A DNA stretch of 64,000 nt. Source: a virus. Below are positions 32,181-42,318 of the stretch, in pieces (position 1 is the first letter of the stretch; each line of letters begins with the position of its first letter). The stretch covers positions 1 to 64,000 of IMG/VR virus record IMGVR_UViG_3300024999_000065; one strand, written 5' to 3'. The translations under genes were made by a program, and so were the position numbers. A model generated the notes under the pieces. The model searched no databases. It worked only from the letters and a program-made list of their open reading frames with translations, and was not told the DNA's origin.

Positions 32181-32795
32181 TTAAATAATCTCATCAACTA
32201 ATCCGTATTTTAACATTTCTTCACTCGTAAGATACCATTCATGTCTTGACATCTTTTCATATTCATCTTCTGTAATTTTACTATTACACAACATAAAATC
32301 TTTTATCTTTTTCTCATATTTAGTAGTAAAATTATAATAATCTTTTATTTGTGAAGCAGTTCCTTGTAAATAATCAGATCCTCCATGAATCAAAGCAGTA
32401 GTGAATGGATAACATTTTACAGTTACATTAGGATTATTATAAGCGCTCATTAAAAGAAGACTGCCCATTGAATACGCATACGCTAAAACTGTAATTGTAG
32501 TTTTTGTTTTTAATTTAGATATTACATCACAAAGTAATAATCCATTATAAACTTGACCACCAAGAGTATTAAGTAAAATATTTATTTCTTTTCCTGTACC
32601 ATCATTATTCATTTCTAATAATGGCAATACAGCAAATTCTATAATAGATTCATCAATTTGTTCATTAATAACTATTGTTCTTTTTTCTAAATGTCTAAAA
32701 TATTGATAAAAAATAGGATTAGAAGTTTCTTTTAATTGTTCCACTAATTGATTAATATCAATACTTCCTATTTCAGTAGCCATATGAATACACAT
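32181..32795 (-). CDS. clpP: ClpP-family protease
   Basis: NTLGG, AYSMGS (Ser), LIHG (His), WYLTSEEMLKYGLVDEII. Confidence 0.75.
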   Translation of the reverse strand: MCIHMATEIGSIDINQLVEQLKETSNPIFYQYFRHLEKRTIVINEQIDESIIEFAVLPLLEMNNDGTGKEINILLNTLGGQVYNGLLLCDVISKLKTKTTITVLAYAYSMGSLLLMSAYNNPNVTVKCYPFTTALIHGGSDYLQGTASQIKDYYNFTTKYEKKIKDFMLCNSKITEDEYEKMSRHEWYLTSEEMLKYGLVDEII

Positions 32796-32816
32796 TTAAT
32801 CCTTTCAATATATAAT

Positions 32817-34184
32817 TTATTTTATTATTGTATTAATTACATCTGTAATACCTAAATCATCATTAATAATAAAACTTTGGTTCTTCTTTTCAGATTGAAT
32901 ATATCCACTATCATTAGACCAACGTGAAGTTCCTGAAACTGTTGGCAATCTCATAATTTCTAAATATCCTTGTTTTTCATACACCATAGACTGATGAAGA
33001 TGGGCTAACATGCAAATTATATGTTCTGATTGACTCCACATATCTTTTGCTTCCGTAGTTATAATCTTCAATGCATCTTTAATTTTCATATCATGAGATA
33101 AACATAATAATGTTTTACCTATTCTACAATATTTACGAGGTAGGGGAGAAGAATCAATTTTAATATTATCCTCATTCTTATACCAAGCATTTATTGTTTG
33201 CATTATTCCAAACATAGTATGTAAATCATGATTAGATGGTACATATTGAACATCTACTGGAGCAATTTCCGTAAGCATGTCAATTCCATTAATAATTAAT
33301 TGAGTTGCTTTTACAACAGTAGTAAACCATAATGCAGAATTATCTTGTGGAGTTAAACGAGTTGTAGAACCAGATAAATTATCAAAATTTGTAAAATCAT
33401 TTCCGATCATAAATACTACTTTTTCAAATTTTCTATGTTTTACTCTATTAATAATATCATTTAAGATATAATAATAAATTTGTTCTGCAATTTCTAAATT
33501 ATATTCATTACTAGTTGAATAATTATCTGATAATAAAGCATAATGAAAATCTGCGATAGGAACAATTAAAGTATCACCGTTTTGTTCATATTGTTTAGGT
33601 GAGATATTGAATTTATTTTTATAATCTGTTTTTACAATAGAGAATAATTTTTTAATATCTTCAATATTCCATTTATATTCTGTGACAGGTTTAACCACAA
33701 TCTTACTTGAATAAAGAACCATAATACCATCTTTTTTACTATAACTATTCCATATATTATTTCTAGCAGATACTAACTGAAATATTTTAGAATCATAGCC
33801 ATGAGCATTTAAAAGAAATTCTGTATCTTTCGCATCATTTTTTGACATTTGAATTAATTTACTACTAGTCTGTGTATTATCCTTGTTTAACTCAATAGTA
33901 GATTTTGAATTTAATAATTCACTTTCTAAATCTTTATTAATATTATTTTTATTATTGTCATTATTATTAATACTATGTATTTTCTTATCTATATTACTTT
34001 TCTTATATTCATCAATAGTCATTTGTAGATTAGTCAAGCACTTTCTAGCATGATCTGACGATACCTGAGTACCATATAATAATTCATACACTTCAATTTT
34101 ATCCAAATCATAATCTTTTCTATTTATTAATAATCTTTCTGCATATTCCATGAAATCTTCTGTTGATTTTCTTAAATGTTCCAT
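32817..34184 (-). CDS. calcineurin-like metallophosphoesterase (YonJ-like)
   Basis: IADFH, GNDF, SNHD, SHD, AHLH motifs. Confidence 0.7.
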   Translation of the reverse strand: MEHLRKSTEDFMEYAERLLINRKDYDLDKIEVYELLYGTQVSSDHARKCLTNLQMTIDEYKKSNIDKKIHSINNNDNNKNNINKDLESELLNSKSTIELNKDNTQTSSKLIQMSKNDAKDTEFLLNAHGYDSKIFQLVSARNNIWNSYSKKDGIMVLYSSKIVVKPVTEYKWNIEDIKKLFSIVKTDYKNKFNISPKQYEQNGDTLIVPIADFHYALLSDNYSTSNEYNLEIAEQIYYYILNDIINRVKHRKFEKVVFMIGNDFTNFDNLSGSTTRLTPQDNSALWFTTVVKATQLIINGIDMLTEIAPVDVQYVPSNHDLHTMFGIMQTINAWYKNEDNIKIDSSPLPRKYCRIGKTLLCLSHDMKIKDALKIITTEAKDMWSQSEHIICMLAHLHQSMVYEKQGYLEIMRLPTVSGTSRWSNDSGYIQSEKKNQSFIINDDLGITDVINTIIK

Positions 34185-34283
34185 TTATTCCTCCGTCAGA
34201 ATAAATTTAAAATAGGGTAGAGGACGTTAAAATTAATATTAATCCTATTACCCGTAATCGACCATTATATTATAAAATAAAAT

Positions 34284-34312
34284 AAGACTATAGAGATTAC
34301 ACACTCTATAGT
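34284..34312 (-). terminator. hairpin/terminator downstream of the Ro60-like gene
   Basis: GACTATAGAG/CTCTATAGTC inverted repeat followed by a U-rich tract on the minus strand. Confidence 0.55.
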
Positions 34313-34376
34313 CCTTTGCTAAAATAACATATTTATATTATATATTACTATAATAATAAATACTTTAATTAATAAA

Positions 34377-35846
34377 TTAAACAACTATACAATCATAAAC
34401 TGGATCACTTAAAGTATCAATCATCGCTTCATATGGTGTTTTGCCAATATTCTTTAATATAGACTTAAACACAGAAGGAGATTGACCACTCGCTAATTGT
34501 ACTCCTTTATATTCACTAGTAACTTGAAAATTATCATGCCTACTATCTACGTTCCAATATATAATATTTGGCATTTCATATCCATTTTGATTATACATTT
34601 TAACCATAGCATCATGCCAAGTCATATCAGAATCATTAGTTTGTGCATCAAATTCCATATCCGAAATTACAACTAAAGATTTAGGCATATCTTCATTATT
34701 AAGTTTATTCTTAATAGCAACATCTAAAATCAACCTAAATGTTGCTTCTAAATCTGTATTATCTACAATTTCAGGTACACATTTAATTTTTTCATAAATA
34801 GTTTCACCTTTTAATTGAACAAAAGATGGTTCAGATGAAAATGTCATAAATACATCTTTAAATACACCTTGATTTCTTTCTGCAAAATATATTGCTAGAC
34901 CAACAGCCGTTGCCATTGGTCTACCACGCATACTCGCCGAAGTATCTGCCATAATAAGGATACTATTTTCACCATCAATATAATTAGGTAACACTTTCCA
35001 CTGTTCTTCCAATACTTTATCATAATTTACTTCATCTAAATCAAAACCACAAGAACACATCTTTTCTAAAATATCATATGGAAATAATGTACTAGCATTT
35101 ATTTTTTCTTCACCTTTAGATACCTTCTCAATAAAACTACTAAAACCTTCTTCATCATGTTTCTCAAATGAATTTCTATAAATACTCATTGCTCTTGAAG
35201 GAACAGATGAATATTTAATATCTGTCCATTGATTACCAGACATTTTAACTTCAATAACATCTAAATATTTTCTTAATTTAGATAAAGTTTTTCTATATTC
35301 TTTTTCTGATAAACCAAGATTTTTAGCAGTTAATTTTCCAAGTTTAATTGATTCTTTAGAACTAGTATTACAAGATTTCATCCATTTTGCTAAGAGACTA
35401 ATAGGTTTATTTTCATTCATATTTTGAATATCTAAATTCCATTGTTCTTTAATTAAATTCCACATAGCAGATTCTACTTTTGTATTAATAAATTCATATA
35501 AATCATCCCATCTACCGAAGTGACTAATATGTTGAATATTTTTCTTTGCAATTTCAGGATGTACCTTTGCAAGAAATTTCATTATCACTTTAAAAGTTCT
35601 TCTTTCACCAAGTCCACCTTTTATTAATCTAGCATAAAACGCCATTTTAGTTGCTAATAATTTATCTTCATCAAATGCTTTAATAAATAAAGTTTCAATA
35701 TCTTGTTCAGTACGATTTCTCAATGCACCAATTTGTCCAAATAAATCAACTAATGAATTATATGTACTTTTTAATGCAGTTGCACCATTTTCAGTTAATG
35801 TAAAATTATCTTCACTTTTTAAAGCATTTACAAATTTCTCAGTCAT
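34377..35846 (-). CDS. Ro60/TROVE-like helical protein with C-terminal vWA domain (DUF2828-like)
   Basis: TENGA..LKST...LVDLF, R.IKGGLGERR, GRWDDL, AKW, MIDAS DTSAS, SDMEFD, IIYWNV. Confidence 0.75.
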   Translation of the reverse strand: MTEKFVNALKSEDNFTLTENGATALKSTYNSLVDLFGQIGALRNRTEQDIETLFIKAFDEDKLLATKMAFYARLIKGGLGERRTFKVIMKFLAKVHPEIAKKNIQHISHFGRWDDLYEFINTKVESAMWNLIKEQWNLDIQNMNENKPISLLAKWMKSCNTSSKESIKLGKLTAKNLGLSEKEYRKTLSKLRKYLDVIEVKMSGNQWTDIKYSSVPSRAMSIYRNSFEKHDEEGFSSFIEKVSKGEEKINASTLFPYDILEKMCSCGFDLDEVNYDKVLEEQWKVLPNYIDGENSILIMADTSASMRGRPMATAVGLAIYFAERNQGVFKDVFMTFSSEPSFVQLKGETIYEKIKCVPEIVDNTDLEATFRLILDVAIKNKLNNEDMPKSLVVISDMEFDAQTNDSDMTWHDAMVKMYNQNGYEMPNIIYWNVDSRHDNFQVTSEYKGVQLASGQSPSVFKSILKNIGKTPYEAMIDTLSDPVYDCIVV

Positions 35847-35885
35847 AAAATCCTCTCTCCTTTTATTCTATAAATTTAATTTTTA

Positions 35886-36450
35886 CAAGACACAGCATTT
35901 TATTCATTGATAATTCTCTTCATTGTAATTTTTGATTATTCATTTTAATTTTTAGTTTTTATATAAATTATATTATTAGTTTGCTGTAATTGTCTTATAC
36001 AAGACATATAGATAATCTTAAATTTGATTTAATTCTTCTTGTTTTTTGTATTCATATGTATGAAAATTTGCTGTATGTGTCTTTCTTAAAAATTAATCCC
36101 AAGATACTAAAATTAAATATTAAATTTTTAATTCACTTAAAAAGTATTATATTATTTTTGCTGTAAGTATCTTATGAGGAATTTTAATATTTTCAAGATG
36201 CAATTTTTGCCTTTTAAAAATGAGTCATCACAACTCTTGCAATTAAATCATTATAACTTGATTTTAAAAATATTTGCTGTATGCATCTTATTTTAATATT
36301 ACTAGGCACAAAGATAAAACTATCAATAATGTATTATTTGATTTTAAAATTGCTGATAGTGCCTAAAATTATTAATTCTATTTGTCAAGACGATTTTAAG
36401 ATGTAATATTCATACAAAGAATTAAATTTACAAATTGCTGTTATCGTCTT
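35886..36450 (-). ncRNA. tandem array of six stem-loop RNA units with invariant CAGCAA
   Basis: units 36386-36450, 36302-36365, 36194-36289, 36100-36173, 36000-36083, 35886-35996; covarying 6-8 bp terminal stems. Confidence 0.75.
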
Positions 36451-36459
36451 TCTAAATAT

Positions 36460-36488
36460 ATATTAGCATATTAAATTTAAATTGTCAA
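36460..36488 (-). promoter_or_regulatory. sigmaA promoter P2; predicted start site at the first array unit
   Basis: TTGACA-17-TAATAT with extended TG. Confidence 0.75.
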
Positions 36489-36541
36489 CAACTATTTATA
36501 TTATTAGTTTATAGAAAATTGTTGTGTTTATTTCTATTAAT

Positions 36542-36570
36542 ATATTAACATAGAGAGGAATGAATGTCAA
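36542..36570 (-). promoter_or_regulatory. sigmaA promoter P1, tandem with P2
   Basis: TTGACA-17-TAATAT with extended TG. Confidence 0.7.
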
Positions 36571-36719
36571 TATATTTATTTTATTATTTTGATATAATTT
36601 AAAGTTAAATTAATTCAATTGACGTACAATCCCACTATTGTAGTCTTTGTCCCAAAAAGCAGAGTATAGTACAGGTACTATCTCTACAAAAACAACACCG
36701 TTTTTGTTCTATTTATTTT

Positions 36720-38012
36720 TTAAATATTCTGTGCAATATCAGCAATTGGACTTCTATAAACATTTTTTAATTTCACACAAGAGAAATACTCAGTGCCTTT
36801 AAATACATCTATAATTCTCTGCATACCATTTTCTCTACAATTACGTAAATCCTGCTGTTCTAACATATCTCCTTCTATTATGATCTTACATCCTTCTTTT
36901 GCTCTTTGAATAATTGTTCTCATAGTATAAGCATCTGTATTCTGCCCTTCACTAACAAATAGACAATCATTTTCTGATATTTCAATACCTCTAATATCAC
37001 TAGTTGGAATTATCATTAATTTACCATTATTAATCAATGATTCAACTAAATTCATATCACCAAATTTACTCGATAATATACCACCTATACTATTTTGTAA
37101 AAGTTTTTCTGTTCTATTTCCGCTATAGAAACCAAGTTGTTCATTATTTCTTAATTTAACTGGATTAAATACGATTACACATTTACCTATTTTACCAGTA
37201 TGTATATTTTGCATTATCCAAGATAAAGAAATCATCGTTTTAGCTACTCCAGCTTTTCCAAACAATAAAGTTAAATCATTGTTTATTAATGATTCCATTG
37301 CTAATATTTGATATTCATCTCTTGGTTTAAAATCAGGAAAATAAATTGATTTAAATGGTTTATATTTTACAGGAATAAATGTAAAACTTTTATCATTCCA
37401 CTTCTGTTTATCCACTACATTACCATTCTCATCCCTAATAATTAAATATTCATTATTTAATAAATCCCATCTATTAATAGGATTCTGATAATGTTCTGCC
37501 AATTCTATATTTGATAGAATAACTTCTTTATATCCATTATACTTGTCATCACTCTTATCATCCCCATCAAATTTATCACATCTAATACCTAACAATTTAC
37601 ACTTTTGCCTAAATAATAAATCATTACTCAAACCAATAATTTCAATACCATTTTCTTTACCGAATTCTTCATTACTAAAATATAGATTATTTAATACTGC
37701 AATAATATTATTATCCATACTATCTTTATCAAAAGATAAAGGAAGTGTATATTCAAAATTATTTTCTCTAATTACATATTCAATCATGTCTTGATTTGCT
37801 TCTATATCTCTACTTGCTTGTCTTGCTTTATATTTTTTACTTTCATCAGAGGATAATTTGTGTTTGTCTAATTCATTTAGAACGTATCCACTAATCAATA
37901 TTTTTGTATTGGTATCTTTATACTTATTAAAAATTTGTGCGGAATTAGACATAAGTACATTCGTATCACAAAAAACTTTAAGTGTTTTTCGTTCTTCTTT
38001 CATAAATTTCAT
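36720..38012 (-). CDS. phoH: PIN-domain PhoH-family ATPase
   Basis: DTNVL...ELD PIN domain; GKAGVAKT, IRG, EGQN, GD..Q.D, YRS.IA PhoH motifs. Confidence 0.8.
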   Translation of the reverse strand: MKFMKEERKTLKVFCDTNVLMSNSAQIFNKYKDTNTKILISGYVLNELDKHKLSSDESKKYKARQASRDIEANQDMIEYVIRENNFEYTLPLSFDKDSMDNNIIAVLNNLYFSNEEFGKENGIEIIGLSNDLLFRQKCKLLGIRCDKFDGDDKSDDKYNGYKEVILSNIELAEHYQNPINRWDLLNNEYLIIRDENGNVVDKQKWNDKSFTFIPVKYKPFKSIYFPDFKPRDEYQILAMESLINNDLTLLFGKAGVAKTMISLSWIMQNIHTGKIGKCVIVFNPVKLRNNEQLGFYSGNRTEKLLQNSIGGILSSKFGDMNLVESLINNGKLMIIPTSDIRGIEISENDCLFVSEGQNTDAYTMRTIIQRAKEGCKIIIEGDMLEQQDLRNCRENGMQRIIDVFKGTEYFSCVKLKNVYRSPIADIAQNI

Positions 38013-38050
38013 TCCTTTACAGAAAATTTTTATTACTACTTATTTAGTTT

Positions 38051-38233
38051 TTATTTGTTGCTAAATTTTAGTTTATCCATCAGTACATTTACCATATAAT
38101 CAGGAACATAATACCTTTTCCTATGTTTCTTGCGTTTTGATGTGATACTTAAATCAGGATACTTACCCATTTCCATTTTGAGTATATTGTGTTTTATTAG
38201 TAAATCTTTCTCTTCTTTTGTGACTTGTTTCAA
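38051..38233 (-). CDS. small basic hypothetical protein
   Basis: TTG start with AAGGAG SD. Confidence 0.55.
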   Translation of the reverse strand: MKQVTKEEKDLLIKHNILKMEMGKYPDLSITSKRKKHRKRYYVPDYMVNVLMDKLKFSNK

Positions 38234-38543
38234 GTTAAATTTAATTCTCCTTTTATATTGAATTTTTATTTAGTTTTTTGTTTTGTATTTAATTAGCATT
38301 CACTCATCATGAGTAAATTTATTTGTCAAAATAAAAAGAGAGCAAGGTATTAACCAAACTCTCTTCCGCATAAATCCGTTCCAACTTTAATTAATATTTT
38401 ATTATTAATAAGGTATAGACTCTCCTTAAAAGACTATTATCTATAAATGATTAATAAACAATCAATAAGTGTTAATATTACTTTGTTTATTACAATAATA
38501 TATAATATTTTATAAAATATAATATATTAAACAAACCCTTTAT

Positions 38544-41500
38544 TTATAGAAGTTTACTGGTAGTTTCTAATTGCGTAACATTTTTATTTCTCATTTTTCT
38601 CATTCTTAATTTAGCATTACTTCTTTCTTGTTTTCTTCTAATTTCCTTCCAGCAAATGGAGCAAAATTTTTGACGATTATTTGTAGGTTTGATTAATTTA
38701 TTACAATTCTTGCATTGAATATAACCTTCAGATAATTTTTTATTAATATTAATTATTATATTATCTACAATTACATCGCCAAAACTAGACCATAGAGTAG
38801 TTTTATAATTGCTTTTTTTATTCTTATATAAATATTCAATTAATACATCAGTAATATACTTTTTATTATTATTAATACTAAGAATATCTTCTCTGATTGT
38901 TTTATACATATAAATAATATTTTTTACCTTGTCATTATCGTCTTCTTTTTTATTAATTATAAAATATTTTTTTAAATCTAATTCATTATACTTATCTATA
39001 ATCTTTATTGCACTATCAATTGTAATATCTATATTATTACTACTCATAAGCATTTTATAATCAAACTTATTTAATCCTATTGATTTAAAATTAATTCTAG
39101 TATTAGGAATAATATCTTGCAACATATTTACTGTACTATTATTTCTTTTCTCTACTTGTTTGATTGTTTTATTTTTTGCATATATAAAAAAATTAGGAAG
39201 TTTGTTTTTAGTATATTGTCGTATCTTTTTATTTAACTTTATTGGTCTTTTAGGTTTATATAATGTCTTTGCATAATCTATAATAAAATTATTCTCCATA
39301 CATAATAATTTTATTATATTTAAATCAACATCTTCACTATTCCAAATTTTAGAAATATCATTACTAATTATACCAATATTACCACCTTTATATGCTGAAA
39401 TTAAACCGTTATATATAGTTAAATCATTTATTTTTTCTTTACTTGCGGTTTTCATTTCATAATAAAGTGGAACTATATTTTTCATATTTCGTTCTGCAAT
39501 ATTTACAAGGTCTTTTTCAGCAATTACTAAAGACTTATCTCCATCTACCATGTTATCCATACTTTCATATGGCACAGACTATATCTTCATAATAATATAT
39601 CTCAATACTATTATGCTTGGCGTTTCGAGTTATGATTTTCACATAATCTCTACTCTACTCGGTTATTCAGAAATATTTTTCAATTTCTTATCCTTTCGAT
39701 AGTCGTTAGAGGTTATTGGTCTATTCTTTATAACTATAATTTAATAAATTTAAATCCCTTATATGGTGTGTCAAATTTAATGCTTCTTCTAATTCCAACC
39801 CTTATAACTTCTGGATTGTTTGAAAAACCATGATTTTTATGTAAATATTCACAACATAAACCTATATAATCAAATTCTTTTACAAAATTTATATTATCAT
39901 CATATAATTGTATTTTTGTTGACATTCCATTTTGTATTCCTTTTCTTGATTGTTTTTCTAATGCTAATTGTGGATTTTCCTTATATTTTATTTTTAAAGT
40001 ATTATTGTTATAATTAGGATTAGAAGAACCATTTTTATTCTTATTAACATTAATCAACCAATCATCATATTTATCTCCCATTCTTTCTTTTGGAGAAATT
40101 CCAAATTGACTATTTTGTTCTCCTTTATGTTTTTCGGACATTGCTCTTTTTGTTGATTCAGAATGTGTATACCCACTAATACCTTCACCACCATTTGTAT
40201 AATTACAATTACATTGATTAATTAATTTGTATTTAGCAATAGTATCAATTTCTAGTTTAAATGCTTCATCTTCTTTTAAATTAGAATATATTATTCTAAC
40301 ATTGCAATTGTATTTATTTTTATAATTTATAAAGTGTTTATTTCTAACAGATTTAGTAGATAATTTATATCTTCCATCAATTCCTTTACCAACATAAAAA
40401 ACATATCCTGTATCAATATTATACCATTCATATATGTAATAATTATTTTTTACTTTTAAACCTCCTCTAAGTTTAAAAGAATAGACCAATCTTCCTACGG
40501 GATTGTCGGTGACATTACTCAGTACGATTTCCCCGTTAGCCATATAACTATTTTTTTAATGTTATATGACACCCTATTTTTATAGGTTAGCCAAGTTTTT
40601 ATTCGACATATAATGTCTATCGAATTGTAATATTTTTGAAATTAAATCATGACAACTAGTATATACACCATTTGTAATAAACCAATTATCTTTTTTATCA
40701 TCTATAATATTCTTTCTTATCGCATGTTCTCTGAAAAGATGTGGACTTCTCACACAATCTAATTTTTCAATATCTTTATATAATTTACAATATACTTCAC
40801 CATCTTTAAGTAAACCTTTTGGTTCTTTTTTTAAAATAAACCACTCACAAAATGAATACAAGTCAGGTATGATAAAAGTATAATTACTAAGTTGTTCTAT
40901 TTTAGCTGACCATGCCTTTCTTACCATACTTTTCTTTACATTTTTCAAAATCTCTTTACTATATACATCACTCAATAATTCAGGATAAATTTCTATTGCT
41001 TGTTGTAAATAATTTTTATCATTATTCGATTTAGTTACCCCTAATACTTTTAACATGGTTTTTCTATCATTACCTATATTTAATATATCTTTTTTAGTTT
41101 TATAACAAAGTTTTTCTAATTCATTATATGTAATATCTGTTAATGATTGAAGTATCTGATAACTAATCTCTGCATTATTAAATAAATCACCTTCTTCATT
41201 ACATTTACCTGCTTGACAATGATAATATTTGTAATTTTCTTTATAAATATCCCAACCATATTTTATTACTTTATTATTTTCATCTAATATATTAGGGTAG
41301 TATTTCCACATTTTAAACTGACTTTTTACAAAGATAACTTCTATATCATCTTTTAATAAATCCCATTCTTTACCAAAAATATCTTTAACTTTACCATAAT
41401 ATTTATTATTATTTGTATTTTCATTTGCTTTATGTATAAAAGAATCAAATAAAAATGGAGATAATAAACCTTTTATCCAAGGTAGACGCACCATCATATT

Positions 41501-42301
41501 TTTTTTAGATACTCTTGGTAATATCATTCCGCAACCATCCGTATGTGTAATTGGAACTTTCATTGTTTTTCTTGTGACTTCATAACTTATATCACTAATA
41601 AAATCTACTTCACCTTCAACTAATGTTTCCATATCTTCAACAACAATTGCTTTATCAATATTAAAATCTGTCCATTCATCTGTTGCAGAATTACACAAAG
41701 CTAAATATGCAAGATATTTATTAATGTTAACTCCTTCTAATTTATTAATATTATCAATTGTTAATCCACACATTAATGTATTTTGATATTTTTTAAATAA
41801 ACTTTCTTTAATAAAAACTGATTTTTTTGTTCTAATTTGTCCAGCAGAGGAGGAAAAATAAATATACTTTTCTCCTCCATAAATAAAACCATTAAGAACA
41901 ATATCTTTAAGTACATCAAAAAAATAAGTCTGAACAATAAAAATATCTGTAGTAAGTTTATCTATAGGTATTTTTAATGTCCTAGTTAAAACTGAATCAA
42001 ACATAGAAATTACTTTATGAACACTTAAGCAATCTTTATTTAAAAATCTAATATCAATATTACATCTTAATTCATTCTTAAGTTTATCTTTAAGATTTCT
42101 AATTCTTCTATTTGCATTTGTTATATATTTATCTAATTTATTTAATGTTATATTGTCTAAATTCTTTTTATTTCTTTTTTCTCTCAAAGTCTTTCTAAAT
42201 AAATATATTTTATTTAATTGCTTATGTATTTTCATTTCTTTTTCATTATAAAAACAACTTGTATCAACCATATATAAATGTATTTGTTTATCTAGTGCCA
42301 A
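38544..42301 (-). CDS. yonO: YonO-like single-subunit RNA polymerase, spliced (exon 1 42301-40619, exon 2 39548-38544, about 895 aa)
   Basis: SSAGQIR, TDGCGM, RLPWIKG, RSPHL motifs; splicing restores LQFD-VDGD (DxDGD). Confidence 0.85.
39549..40618 (-). mobile_element. group I intron (1070 nt) with internal endonuclease ORF
   Basis: P1 UUCGAU/GUCGAA with U-G pair at the 5' splice site; terminal G at 39549; P7 GACUA/UAGUC; 15-bp inverted repeat (39715-29/40476-90) looping out the ORF. Confidence 0.85.
39734..40543 (-). CDS. intron-encoded GIY-YIG homing endonuclease (true start probably near 40450)
   Basis: YYIYEWY...FYVGKG...R; N.TNGGEG; NUMOD3-like HSESTKRAMS. Confidence 0.8.
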   Translation of the reverse strand: MANGEIVLSNVTDNPVGRLVYSFKLRGGLKVKNNYYIYEWYNIDTGYVFYVGKGIDGRYKLSTKSVRNKHFINYKNKYNCNVRIIYSNLKEDEAFKLEIDTIAKYKLINQCNCNYTNGGEGISGYTHSESTKRAMSEKHKGEQNSQFGISPKERMGDKYDDWLINVNKNKNGSSNPNYNNNTLKIKYKENPQLALEKQSRKGIQNGMSTKIQLYDDNINFVKEFDYIGLCCEYLHKNHGFSNNPEVIRVGIRRSIKFDTPYKGFKFIKL

Positions 42302-42318
42302 ATATATTGCCCTCCTTT

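Noticed and set aside
36100-36289. Anticodon-loop mimics inside array units (e.g. AC-UUUUUAA-GU)
   Set aside because: Stems are too short and not consistent across units; not distinguishable from chance in AU-rich sequence
35886-36450. Canonical CRISPR array or tRNA cluster
   Set aside because: Repeats are not identical, unit length varies 64-111 nt, stems enclose rather than separate the variable part, and there are no cloverleaf/TpsiC/CCA features
38544-39575. Independent 343-aa gene starting MPYESM
   Set aside because: The first nine codons are intron 3' sequence; it is exon 2 of the RNA polymerase
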